Assembly: GCA_047947115.1 (NCBI GenBank) | Contig: CP170459.1 | Span: forward strand, 4,576,001-4,640,000 | Origin: Verrucomicrobiota bacterium | GTDB taxonomy: Bacteria; Verrucomicrobiota; Verrucomicrobiia; Limisphaerales; AAA164-E04 | Direction: 5' to 3' | Length of the DNA stretch: 64,000 nucleotides | Shown here: piece by piece, positions 1-9,549 of the stretch | Position numbering within the stretch: the first letter of the stretch is position 1 | Layout of the letters: every line of letters starts with the position of its first letter | Notes under the pieces: generated by a model | Told to the model about the DNA's origin: nothing | What the model saw: the letters and a program-made list of their open reading frames with translations, nothing else | Databases searched by the model: none | Made by a program: the position numbers and the translations under genes

Positions 1-341
1 CCTATGCAGAAAAATATTTCAAGAACCCCCGCATTTCTCTTAGACTGGTAAAAAAAGTACCATTACGATTCAAAATACTCGGTCAAGTAGCGCAACCAGG
101 GTTCTACGAAGTACCTCCAGGACTTGAGGTCGACTTGTTGGACGCAATTGCAATTGCCGGGGGATACACGCGGCTGGCAAACAAGGTAACCTATAAACAC
201 CTGACACAAGAAGATAAAAACTCACCAGCAACCGAAAAAATCGAAACATATAGAATTCGAGAACTAAAACGGTCGTCAGATACAAAAATCCCTGTTTTGA
301 GTGGAGACGATACCATCGTGGTCGGCGAATCCATCTTTTAA
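1..341 (+). CDS. Polysaccharide export protein, Wza/SLBB-domain family (5' truncated by window edge)
   Basis: Frame open from base 3: YAEKYFKNPRISLRLV...KILGQVAQPGFYEVP...LLDAIAIAGGYTRLAN...GDDTIVVGESIF; SLBB-type pattern; directly upstream of wzc. Confidence 0.85.
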   Translation, partial: YAEKYFKNPRISLRLVKKVPLRFKILGQVAQPGFYEVPPGLEVDLLDAIAIAGGYTRLANKVTYKHLTQEDKNSPATEKIETYRIRELKRSSDTKIPVLSGDDTIVVGESIF

Positions 342-462
342 ACAAAATTTACAATTGACTTCATTGGCAGGTAAATTTTTTGTGCGTAGCCGAGCATAGA
401 TGAAAAAAAATAACCAGCCCTCAAGACACCGACTCCGTTTGGATTTAATATAACTGAATCAT

Positions 463-2787
463 TTGAAAGAAAACCAGTCCATAAAGCCTCAGGAATTGCT
501 CAAGCTCGCCACCATTCATTGGCAGGTGATTGTGGCTACCGTGGCTGTTTGCACAGGAATTGCCTTCAATAAAACGCGAAGTTTTGAGCCTAGTTACGAA
601 AGCCAATCAGCAGTTGAAATCAGCAATCAGTTGATCATTGACATGAACAATGTGTCGGATGTGGACGCTCGAGATACGGACATCCTCTATACATACGTTC
701 AAAAAGCGGAATCCACTGCTGTGTTGAAGGCTGCGATCGCCGAATCAGAATGGCTTCAAGACTACTTCAACGTGGAAGACCCCTCAGATGACAAGGCGTT
801 GACTGAGGCGGCCAAACAAATGAGCCCAGCCAAAGCAAAACTCAGGGGAGATTCCCTCATCATTGACCTGATTGCATCCGGAAGAAATAAGGATCTTGTG
901 TATAATACAGCCAAATATGTGGCCCTAGGATTTGTAAAATCAGACAAGAATGAAAAAACAAAGGACAATCGTGATGCGCTGATAACTCTTGAAACCAAAA
1001 ATATGCCTGAAGCTGAAAGAGAGGCGCTGACTACAGCAAGAACCCTTTTTGAGTTTGAGCAAGAGTTTAATGTTTCGAATTTCGAGACGCGCAGTGCAGA
1101 TTTAGGCACCTCCCTTTACGAAAATAAAAAGGAAATTCGATCATTCGAACGAGCAATCGGTAAACTTGATAATGATCTGAAGAAAATGGAAGATTTGGGC
1201 TATGTAATCCATGGCGATATTGATGCAAATCTTGCGGCAATTTCCAAGAACTTTGTCGCATTCAGACTCATACAATCCGTCTATTCGGATGAGAACTATA
1301 TTGCTGACTACGACAAGCTGGAATCTTTGGAACGAGTCGCCAAACAACGATCGGTGGCACTATTGGATGACCATCCGGACATGAAAGACGCCATCAAGGA
1401 AGTTACTCTTCAAAAAGAGGCAGTCATAGAAACCATTGCCGAAATTCCCAACACCATCCTTTTGGAGAAAAGCAAACAGCAGGATCTGCTTGCAGATCTA
1501 GAATTTGATTACGCAGAGTTCCTAGAAGACCAGAACCTTATCGCTGAAAAGACTAGCGAATACACACGACTCAAAGCCGAGCGCGAAAGGGCTGAAAAAT
1601 TACGGGATTACGTAAACGAACGCATCGACGAGTTATCTTTCGCTGTCAATAGCGTCCCCAGCAGCATCAAGCTATTTGAGGATGCCACCCAGCCAGATCC
1701 GATTAATAAGAACAAAACCCAAACCATCTTGATGGGGTTGATTGTGGGACTGGCCCTCTCATACGGATATCTATACCTGTTGAACATGATGGATCAATCC
1801 ATCAAATCGGTTGAACAAGCCGAACAAGTGCTGCAATTACCAGTACTGGCCGCCGTCCCTGCAGCCGAACCCGATGGGCTAGAGATCAAGAATCGACTCA
1901 TCATGAAGGGTTCCTCGAATTCATCGTGCTCGGAGGCATTTCGCTCCCTACGCGTCAACATCGAGAGCATGAATCGTTCAAAATCCAACAAGGTGGTGGT
2001 GTTCACCAGCTCCATGCCCTCAGAAGGAAAAACCTTCACCTCCATCAATTATGCAGCTTCCCTGGCACAACAGGGTCATAAAACTCTGCTCATAGACATG
2101 GATTTGAGAAAACCCGCCGTCGCAAAGGATTTTGGCATTGAAAAGTCGAACTATGTTGGGTTGACAGAAATCATTACTTCTGACGAAAAGCTAGAACAAT
2201 TTCCTGAATTACCCATGTACCAGGCTGCAGAAGGGCTTTCCATTCTGCACGGAGGCCCCCTCATTGACAACCCAGCCGAGCGATTGTCCAGTTATGCCGT
2301 AGAGCGTATCGTAGAAAAAGCAAGGGAACACTTCGATCGGGTTGTCATTGACTCGGCTCCTTTGGGACCTGTTGGAGATACATTAACGGTTGCACGCCTC
2401 GCTGACATGGTCTGCCTGGTAGTGCGTTCAGCCAAAACACCTTCAAAGATGATTCTAAGAATCATCGACACATTACATCGCCATGGTCATACTCCCGCAG
2501 GAATTGTCCTGAACTTCATGAAGATCAAGTCAGGTTACGGCTCTTATTACTATTATTACAGCAGTGATAAGCAACCTGAAATCATTACCGAGAAACCTCC
2601 CTATAAACGTAAGTCCGGTGATGTTGCCAAATCAAGTATCGCGCCAGCCAAGTTGGAGGAAAGTGGTGGGTTAGAGGAATCTGATCCTAAAAAAAAACAG
2701 ATTCCATCTGAACTCGAATCATTATTGAAGCCGAAACAGGAATATACTCGGCGTGATAAATCTGTTGAGTGTCGCCCTTCCGTCTGA
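463..2787 (+). CDS. wzc: Polysaccharide co-polymerase / BY-kinase (Wzc/GumC family)
   Basis: Two TM segments around a coiled-coil region; SEAFRSLR, Walker A TSSMPSEGKT, LLIDMDLRKP, VVIDSAP; Tyr cluster GYGSYYYYY; TTG start. Confidence 0.92.
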   Translation: MKENQSIKPQELLKLATIHWQVIVATVAVCTGIAFNKTRSFEPSYESQSAVEISNQLIIDMNNVSDVDARDTDILYTYVQKAESTAVLKAAIAESEWLQDYFNVEDPSDDKALTEAAKQMSPAKAKLRGDSLIIDLIASGRNKDLVYNTAKYVALGFVKSDKNEKTKDNRDALITLETKNMPEAEREALTTARTLFEFEQEFNVSNFETRSADLGTSLYENKKEIRSFERAIGKLDNDLKKMEDLGYVIHGDIDANLAAISKNFVAFRLIQSVYSDENYIADYDKLESLERVAKQRSVALLDDHPDMKDAIKEVTLQKEAVIETIAEIPNTILLEKSKQQDLLADLEFDYAEFLEDQNLIAEKTSEYTRLKAERERAEKLRDYVNERIDELSFAVNSVPSSIKLFEDATQPDPINKNKTQTILMGLIVGLALSYGYLYLLNMMDQSIKSVEQAEQVLQLPVLAAVPAAEPDGLEIKNRLIMKGSSNSSCSEAFRSLRVNIESMNRSKSNKVVVFTSSMPSEGKTFTSINYAASLAQQGHKTLLIDMDLRKPAVAKDFGIEKSNYVGLTEIITSDEKLEQFPELPMYQAAEGLSILHGGPLIDNPAERLSSYAVERIVEKAREHFDRVVIDSAPLGPVGDTLTVARLADMVCLVVRSAKTPSKMILRIIDTLHRHGHTPAGIVLNFMKIKSGYGSYYYYYSSDKQPEIITEKPPYKRKSGDVAKSSIAPAKLEESGGLEESDPKKKQIPSELESLLKPKQEYTRRDKSVECRPSV

Positions 2788-2875
2788 TTCCAGATCCTGA
2801 GAACTCGAATCAGACAGACATTGGAATTCTTGCTGATCCAAGGGAGCTGTTAACAGTTAATTACAATTCCAAATA

Positions 2876-3772
2876 GTGCTTCCCCAATGGAATTGCCTTC
2901 AATTCGAGATGATTTGCAACATGTCCAGTCCTGCAGTTGAACCGATTCGTAAACAACTCGACGAATCTGGACAACTGGCTTATAAGATGAATCGAGTAGA
3001 CAATCGATTTGTTATCCAATACTCAGACAAGCTCCAATATAGTGTTGCTCCTCAATTACCGGAAAATCACCCTGACCAGGTCCATGTCAGTTGCACTCCT
3101 GATATCCCGGAATCGATCAAGTCACATTTCTATACCAACCAGATCCTTCCGATGATCAAGGCTTGGAAAGGCGCCGTAGTTTTGCACTCAAGCTCCATTC
3201 AATTGCAGTCGTGCTGTGTCGGTTTCTTTGGCCGTTCGGGCGCTGGTAAATCAACACTTGCCAACTTGCTCTCTCTCAAGCCGGAGTTTTCTTTTTGGAG
3301 TGATGATTGGTTTGAGATCCTGACAGACAAGGGAAGATGCACTTCATCTTTCACGCCTGGTCAAACGCGACTAAACCCTGATCATACGAGAGCATTGAAA
3401 AGGTTACGTTTGCTGGCCCCCGATCTCGAGCCGATAAATGAAGAAGAAAAGTTAATTTTCTCCCCCCCTTCCCCTTCCCTGAAGAAACAGTCCGAAGTAA
3501 GGAGCCTTTATCAATTGATCCCATCAGCCCCGGATGTCGGAATTCATTGCGTGCGTTTATCACCTGCAAAGGCTTTTCAGGCTATCAGTCTCAATATTTT
3601 CAGGCTGGATACCCGTAACAAGGAACACATGAAAAGGGAGTATACTCAAATCGTCCACATCGTTGAAAGTCTACCGGTTTATCGCTTTTACTACCCGCAT
3701 GACCTAGATCAGATGGAAGCATCACTCCATTTTATCGAGCGTCACATAATAGATTCTGCTCCTCATCCCTGA
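2876..3772 (+). CDS. HPr kinase-like P-loop kinase (lasso-peptide kinase / HprK-related type)
   Basis: VVLHSSSI...GFFGRSGAGKSTLA...WSDD matches the His / Walker A / DD signature; start uncertain. Confidence 0.8.
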   Translation: MLPQWNCLQFEMICNMSSPAVEPIRKQLDESGQLAYKMNRVDNRFVIQYSDKLQYSVAPQLPENHPDQVHVSCTPDIPESIKSHFYTNQILPMIKAWKGAVVLHSSSIQLQSCCVGFFGRSGAGKSTLANLLSLKPEFSFWSDDWFEILTDKGRCTSSFTPGQTRLNPDHTRALKRLRLLAPDLEPINEEEKLIFSPPSPSLKKQSEVRSLYQLIPSAPDVGIHCVRLSPAKAFQAISLNIFRLDTRNKEHMKREYTQIVHIVESLPVYRFYYPHDLDQMEASLHFIERHIIDSAPHP

Positions 3773-3775
3773 CTT

Positions 3776-5584
3776 ATGGGATTTCATCGTTACTGGATCA
3801 ACGCGTTCAAAGGAAGATTCAAGAACCTTTTGTTGGCTTTGCGTTTCTTCTGGGAATGCTCCCCCAAGACAGCGGGTTTGTCTCTTGCTTTGGTGATTCT
3901 GGCTGGATTGTTTCCCCTTCTGATGGTCAATGTCACTCGACATGTCATCAATCAATTCGATTCCATTGAAAACATCCGGAGTTGGTTAACAGGTTCGGGG
4001 TTGCTCCTGCTGCTGACCATCATCGGTCGGGAGGCCATCCATTTGCTGGGTAATTTGATCAGAACATTCCATGAGGGACGCGTATCCGATTACGTGAATT
4101 CTCGTGCACAACAAATTGCCTCTTCGGCCGACATGGCACATTATGAGTCGTCAACATTCTATGACCACCTATACCGGGCTGGATTTGAATCGGATCAACA
4201 TGTCATCGATGTCACCGAACATATGGCGGCGATCGTTTCGGGAACGATCACGCTGTTGGGGTTGTTGTTCCTGGTCGGCCGATATTCAAGCTGGCTGCCA
4301 ATTGTTTTTTTCGCTGCTTCATTGCCTGTCTTCCTGACATTAATAACCCAATCACACAAAAGATATCAATGGAACCAATCCATGACCAAGATCCAGCGAA
4401 AAAGCCGCTACTTGAACTGGCTTCTGGTGGGTCAAGAGTCTGCGGGAGAATTGAGGATTTACGGTCTCCAGAATTTATTAGTCAAAAAATACAAGGAATT
4501 GCGTGAAAAAGTATTGCTGACACGTACCAAACTGGAACAAAAGCAAGCTTTATGGGTTTCAGGCGCCAATGTCCTATCGTTGTGCATGCTGGGAGGAGGA
4601 ATCGCTTTGCTTACACAAGCATTCCAATCAGGCGCCATTGACAACGGTTCCGTCGCCCTCATCGGACACTCCATTCTACTGTGCCGACAATCCACACAGA
4701 CGCTCCTCAGTGAAACAGCCAGCCTTTACAGAGCGTCCCTGTTTCTGGCTGATCTGGATTATGTCATTAATTTGAAACCACAGATCAATGCACCGGAAAA
4801 ACCTAAAAACTTCACATCACTTGTGCACCATGAAATCCGGTTTTCCAATGTCAGTTTCACCTATCCAGAAATGGAAGCACCGGCGATCAAGCATTTAACC
4901 GTAACGATTCCGCCCAAAAAGCTCACCGTCATCCTGGGTAAGAACGGATCTGGAAAATCAACACTCGGTAAAATGCTGTGTCGTTTTTTTGATCCTGATG
5001 ACGGCGAGATAACGCTGGGTGAAATTCCATTGAAGGCATTTGATCCAAAGCAACTCAGAAATCATTTGGGCTGTTTGTTTCAAGACCCTGTTCGATATTA
5101 CTTTTCAGCCGAGGAGAACGTCATCTTTGGGAACACAGATATCAGAAACGATCCCAAGGCATTTGCGAAGGCGATCAACTCATCCATGGCTGCCTCAGTC
5201 ATTTCCGATCTACAGAACGGTAAAGACACTCCACTGGGCAGATGGTTCCAGGAAGGAACCGAACTCAGCGGAGGTCAATGGCAGCGGCTTGCCCTTGCCA
5301 GAACACATTACGCAAATCGTCCTATTTGGATTTTGGATGAACCAACCAGCGCTATGGATCCATGGACAGAAAGGAAGTGGCTTGAAAACACGCGGCAAGA
5401 TGCGGTCGATAAAACAATTATTCTGATTACTCACCGGATCAGTTCAGCAGCGATTGCAGACCATTTAATCGTCATGGATTCCGGCCAAGTCGTTGAGTCG
5501 GGAAGCCCGTCAGAATTGCTGGAACAAAGAGGGATTTTTGCAAAGCTATACAATGAATCAGCGACTCAGTTTCCCAGGACATGA
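3776..5584 (+). CDS. ABC exporter, fused permease/ATPase (peptide-export type)
   Basis: N-terminal TM helices; GKNGSGKST, LSGGQWQRLALAR, ILDEPT, ITHR. Confidence 0.9.
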   Translation: MGFHRYWINAFKGRFKNLLLALRFFWECSPKTAGLSLALVILAGLFPLLMVNVTRHVINQFDSIENIRSWLTGSGLLLLLTIIGREAIHLLGNLIRTFHEGRVSDYVNSRAQQIASSADMAHYESSTFYDHLYRAGFESDQHVIDVTEHMAAIVSGTITLLGLLFLVGRYSSWLPIVFFAASLPVFLTLITQSHKRYQWNQSMTKIQRKSRYLNWLLVGQESAGELRIYGLQNLLVKKYKELREKVLLTRTKLEQKQALWVSGANVLSLCMLGGGIALLTQAFQSGAIDNGSVALIGHSILLCRQSTQTLLSETASLYRASLFLADLDYVINLKPQINAPEKPKNFTSLVHHEIRFSNVSFTYPEMEAPAIKHLTVTIPPKKLTVILGKNGSGKSTLGKMLCRFFDPDDGEITLGEIPLKAFDPKQLRNHLGCLFQDPVRYYFSAEENVIFGNTDIRNDPKAFAKAINSSMAASVISDLQNGKDTPLGRWFQEGTELSGGQWQRLALARTHYANRPIWILDEPTSAMDPWTERKWLENTRQDAVDKTIILITHRISSAAIADHLIVMDSGQVVESGSPSELLEQRGIFAKLYNESATQFPRT

Positions 5585-5612
5585 CACGGAGGAGCAGAGC
5601 GGTTGGAGTCAT

Positions 5613-6764
5613 TCAAGCGGCGCCGAAATATTTACGAACGCCTTTCACGATACGCTCTCCATGCCTGAGCAATGTATGCTTTGATTGGAAGGAAGCAGCC
5701 ATGTAACTATTCGGAGGAAAGATCCAACGCCATAGATATGAGAATTTTGCTTTGGCGGTAGGAATTTCCAACCACCGATTCACAAGGTCATGCGCTTTTG
5801 AATATCGCTGTTCCAAATACCCTGCGCTGGTTTCCCTTCCTGAAGCCACTTGTTTTTGAAGATCAAACATGACCTTTTCGGGGGCACCGAATTTCAGCAC
5901 GCGATTCACGTCTTCAAGACAGACTTTCAATATGGTGGCCACCTCTTTATCGATCGCAAGTTCCACTAATTTTTGCCAATCAGTTACGGAAAAGGACTGC
6001 CCCAAATAAAACAAGTCCAACAACCATGCAAAACGGCGATCCTGAGGAAAATGCCCCGCACGATGGACGCATAAATAGATGAAATGATCTACTTTGTCTG
6101 GTATCCAAACGGCTTCATTTTCGATTGAAATTTGAACAGCCTTTTCCAGAAGTTCCTGATAGGAGAAAACACATAGCAAGGGCCGGTTGTTCAAACGCAA
6201 ATGCAATTCGATCAAAGGTGACTCAGGATAGTTTTCTGAAGCACTGTAGCACTTTTCAAACGAAAGGTAGCCCCAGTTCAAGCAGGGAGCAGATTGATAG
6301 CCCAGTTGGGTCAAGCATTCATTGGCCGAATCCCAATCCTCCGGATCAATCAACAAATCGATATCATGACTGGTCCTCCAATGAACACGTGGATAGACCG
6401 TATTACCGAGAGCCGGGCCTTTGAGTAGAATGGGCTTCATACCCGCCTGTTGCATGCTCCCCACCACCCTTGCAAGGGTTTGTTGCCGATAGGCACACGC
6501 TCCTGCTATTTTCAGGGATTCCAATCTTAAGTGAGTGAACCACGGTTCATTAACAAATGATCCCTTTGAACCAGCTTTTAGCTTTTCGTAAACGATGGGC
6601 TGAATGTTAAGCTTTTTACACAAGTCCAAAAATCTATCGCCATCACAATTTGACAGTGGAACCTCGATATCACCATGTAGGTAGAATAACGCATGTTGCA
6701 GAACAGGATCTTCCAATCCTTGTTCCGGTTCCCATAATTCTTTAATATTCCTTTTTGGGTGCAT
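5613..6764 (-). CDS. Nucleotidyltransferase family protein (NTP_transf_5-like)
   Basis: ILLKGPAL...VYP...RTSHDIDLLI, IELH and WLLDL motifs. Confidence 0.85.
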   Translation of the reverse strand: MHPKRNIKELWEPEQGLEDPVLQHALFYLHGDIEVPLSNCDGDRFLDLCKKLNIQPIVYEKLKAGSKGSFVNEPWFTHLRLESLKIAGACAYRQQTLARVVGSMQQAGMKPILLKGPALGNTVYPRVHWRTSHDIDLLIDPEDWDSANECLTQLGYQSAPCLNWGYLSFEKCYSASENYPESPLIELHLRLNNRPLLCVFSYQELLEKAVQISIENEAVWIPDKVDHFIYLCVHRAGHFPQDRRFAWLLDLFYLGQSFSVTDWQKLVELAIDKEVATILKVCLEDVNRVLKFGAPEKVMFDLQKQVASGRETSAGYLEQRYSKAHDLVNRWLEIPTAKAKFSYLWRWIFPPNSYMAASFQSKHTLLRHGERIVKGVRKYFGAA

Positions 6765-6853
6765 GAAAATTCACAGACATCCGGGTTTAGGAGTCCAGAT
6801 ATGACTACCAAGCTCCCTCCTGGGACATCATTCATACCCAAACCATTGAAATT

Positions 6854-7165
6854 ATGAAACAATATCCAGAAGAATTACATTTATCAGATCAGAAATTCCA
6901 GTCCTCCTCCAACATTATGTTTCGTGAACTGGAAGATGAATCCGTCCTTCTGAACCTCAATGACGAGTCATACTATTCATTAAACAGCACTGGAACGATG
7001 ATCTGGAATCTGCTTCAGTCCTGCTCAACACTGAAGGACGCTTTTTACGAATTCCAAAAACAATTTGAAATAGAGCCAGCCAAGGCGGCTGCGGATTTCG
7101 ATCAACTGATGAAGCAATTATTGGAAAAACAATTTGGGACTCTTGAAACAACAACACGACCATAA
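6854..7165 (+). CDS. PqqD-family RiPP recognition element (lasso B1-like)
   Basis: 103 aa; FRELEDESVLLNL...YYSLNSTGTMIWNLL...FEIEPAKAAADFDQLMKQL. Confidence 0.88.
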   Translation: MKQYPEELHLSDQKFQSSSNIMFRELEDESVLLNLNDESYYSLNSTGTMIWNLLQSCSTLKDAFYEFQKQFEIEPAKAAADFDQLMKQLLEKQFGTLETTTRP

Positions 7166-7622
7166 TATCTGCCTGTCAATTCCGGCAAAGTTACGGGTCT
7201 TCCTATGGACAATGGCACAATGGTGTTTGATCCGGCGAATGATTAAAAAGGAGGGATTCCTCAACGCTTGCGAACGTTGGAAAATAAAACCAACGGCCCT
7301 GTCTCACATGCATGCCTGCACTGTCCCATCAGATCAGCTTGATCACATACCCAGTGATATTCATCGAATGGTTCTGAGGGCGGGCAAATGCTTTCCGGAC
7401 AAACGCAACAATTGTCTACCGAGGGCGTTGGCTGCAGCCTATTGGATGCAACATTTCAATATACCTTACCGAATCCGAATAGGTATCCGGTCCGAGAGTA
7501 AAGCAATTTTGACATCGGCACATGCCTGGATCGAAGTTAATGGCAGGGCCATTGGCGAATTGGAAGAATCAATTGAGCAATTGAAGCCTCTGGATCCTTA
7601 TCCAAACCATACAAGCGTATGA
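7134..7622 (+). CDS. Lasso peptide B2-like leader peptidase (transglutaminase-like Cys protease)
   Basis: NNCLPRALA...RIGIR...AHAWIE (Cys/His core); overlaps the PqqD gene; exact start uncertain. Confidence 0.85.
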   Translation: MGLLKQQHDHNICLSIPAKLRVFLWTMAQWCLIRRMIKKEGFLNACERWKIKPTALSHMHACTVPSDQLDHIPSDIHRMVLRAGKCFPDKRNNCLPRALAAAYWMQHFNIPYRIRIGIRSESKAILTSAHAWIEVNGRAIGELEESIEQLKPLDPYPNHTSV

Positions 7623-9454
7623 GTCAACTCTCAGGAGTCATCACAGTTGATCCTCAAAACATCATCCATCAACATTTTCTACACATACTGGAGGAAAAGG
7701 CATATCAGGCCCAAGGATCATGCGGCACTCTCATATCCAGTCAGCCGATCTATGCACAAAAGGGAATCTATTTCACCGGAACTGCTCAATTTTTAAAACT
7801 CAACAACCAGCCTTTGACACCCGATGAACTGCTTACGGCATGGCATCAAACTGGCATCAGCACTTTACAGAGCCTGAGTGGTGAGTTCTGCTTTTTAATA
7901 TGTGATACACGACAAACCCTTGATGTCTGGGCTGTTCGTGATCATTTTGGTTCGGTCCCTTTACATTACTGTAAGGAACGGACTTTTTTTGCCTTTTCCC
8001 AAAGAGCCAGGCCGCTGTGGGATCTTCCCATTGACACGGTACGCACACTCAATGAATCCAGAATTTTAGATTATATTGTCGACGATCTGGAGCACTCCAC
8101 TCACACGGCAACTTTTAGGCAAAACATTCATAAAGTCCCTTTGTCAGGATGTGTCCACTGGCAAAGCAATCGGATTACAACACATCAATATTGGAAGCCC
8201 GATCTCACTGTCACGAAGCCGGATATCACGGAAAAGTCCGCCCTGGAGAACTATCAATCATTATTGATACGCTCTATTTCAAACAAATCAGGAGAGAGTA
8301 ATGCGACGGCACTATTGGCCAGCGGCGGGCTGGATTCCAACTCAATTCATACCGCCTGGAAAAAGACAACACGTTACACGGAAGGAAACAACCACCTCAT
8401 TTCTCTCCTCCCGGATAAAGATAACCGGGATGATCTTGAATGTGAGATGCTTATGCATGAAGTCTCCAAAGAGTGCCCCCTGCCCCACAATTACATTACT
8501 CCTGGAATCGTCCTGCGAACCATGGGACCTGTTGAGTCATTCGTGCATCAACTGGAAGACCCTTTTACGGTGCACACCCTTTCAGGACCTGCTCCTTGTT
8601 ATAAGTTCGCATCCGACATCGGTGTGACCCATGTCATGGACGGCATCGATGGAGATCTGGTTGGTGGCATTCCATCGAGGTATTGGAACTATTTATGGGC
8701 AGGAGGCGAGAAGAAAAATGCCATTTTCGAATGCATCCTCAACCATAAACACCATGAGGAACCATTCTCTAAAAGCATCAAAGCTTTGATCAGAATGCTG
8801 CTTGCAAACCAAATTCCGGGGGTGCTGAGACGCCTGGATTCGATTTCCTCCAAGAAAGCCTGGGATCGTGAACAGGCAACGCGCTGGAAACGTGATTTAA
8901 GAATACGTGATGCAGCATTCACCGAATCATTCATCACACAACGAATTGCATTACTTCGATCCAACCATCCCACGCCGTCATGCCCCAGCCTGGGAGAATA
9001 CCTGCATCAAGGAATGTTGTCTCCGATGCTGGGAGTCGGCATAGATCGATACGAAGAAGCAGCACATATGTTCGGTCTGAAGGCAGCTCATCCCATTTTG
9101 GATAAAGATCTGGCTGAATTCCTCCTTGGGCTTCCGTGGCGATTCAGGGTAAAAAATGGTAATGAAAAAAGTCTTTTCAGGCTTTTTCTCGATCAAAATC
9201 ATCAAAAGAACATTGCGAATCAAGCAAAACTACCCCACGTGGGACCCTGGTTCACTTTGGCCTACCTGCGTGATTACCTGATCAGGAATCCAAAACCAAA
9301 AACCGAATGCCTGGACGCCGTAAACCGCTATGTAGATGCCACATGGCTCCAGACTGAATGGCATAATGCCCTTCACAGCAACTCCTTGATAGAAGTTAAT
9401 GAGGATCTGTGGCGAATGCTGATGCTGGGAGAATGGCTGGTTCAAAACGCTTGA
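7619..9454 (+). CDS. Asparagine-synthetase-like protein, lasso cyclase (C) type
   Basis: RDHFGSVPLHY, ASGGLDS PP-loop, DGIDGD, HPILDKDLAEFLLGLP, EKSLFR; starts MSQLSG with no catalytic Cys1; ATGA overlap with the B2 gene. Confidence 0.82.
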   Translation: MSQLSGVITVDPQNIIHQHFLHILEEKAYQAQGSCGTLISSQPIYAQKGIYFTGTAQFLKLNNQPLTPDELLTAWHQTGISTLQSLSGEFCFLICDTRQTLDVWAVRDHFGSVPLHYCKERTFFAFSQRARPLWDLPIDTVRTLNESRILDYIVDDLEHSTHTATFRQNIHKVPLSGCVHWQSNRITTHQYWKPDLTVTKPDITEKSALENYQSLLIRSISNKSGESNATALLASGGLDSNSIHTAWKKTTRYTEGNNHLISLLPDKDNRDDLECEMLMHEVSKECPLPHNYITPGIVLRTMGPVESFVHQLEDPFTVHTLSGPAPCYKFASDIGVTHVMDGIDGDLVGGIPSRYWNYLWAGGEKKNAIFECILNHKHHEEPFSKSIKALIRMLLANQIPGVLRRLDSISSKKAWDREQATRWKRDLRIRDAAFTESFITQRIALLRSNHPTPSCPSLGEYLHQGMLSPMLGVGIDRYEEAAHMFGLKAAHPILDKDLAEFLLGLPWRFRVKNGNEKSLFRLFLDQNHQKNIANQAKLPHVGPWFTLAYLRDYLIRNPKPKTECLDAVNRYVDATWLQTEWHNALHSNSLIEVNEDLWRMLMLGEWLVQNA

Positions 9455-9549
9455 TTCAGGATTATTTTGCCAAAACAAAGCCCCTCGATTATTAATTATC
9501 CCGATCCAGTGACATCGGATCAAAGAGAAACACAATCAATTGACTTGAC

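Noticed and set aside
400..453. 17-codon ORF in frame with and upstream of wzc, containing an A8 run
   Set aside because: Too short, no leader or core features, no evidence for readthrough or phase variation
2635..2690. Wzc tail segment APAKLEESGGLEESD as a fused lasso leader
   Set aside because: No Tyr/Trp, wrong Pro-Leu spacing, no Thr at -2 and no plausible core
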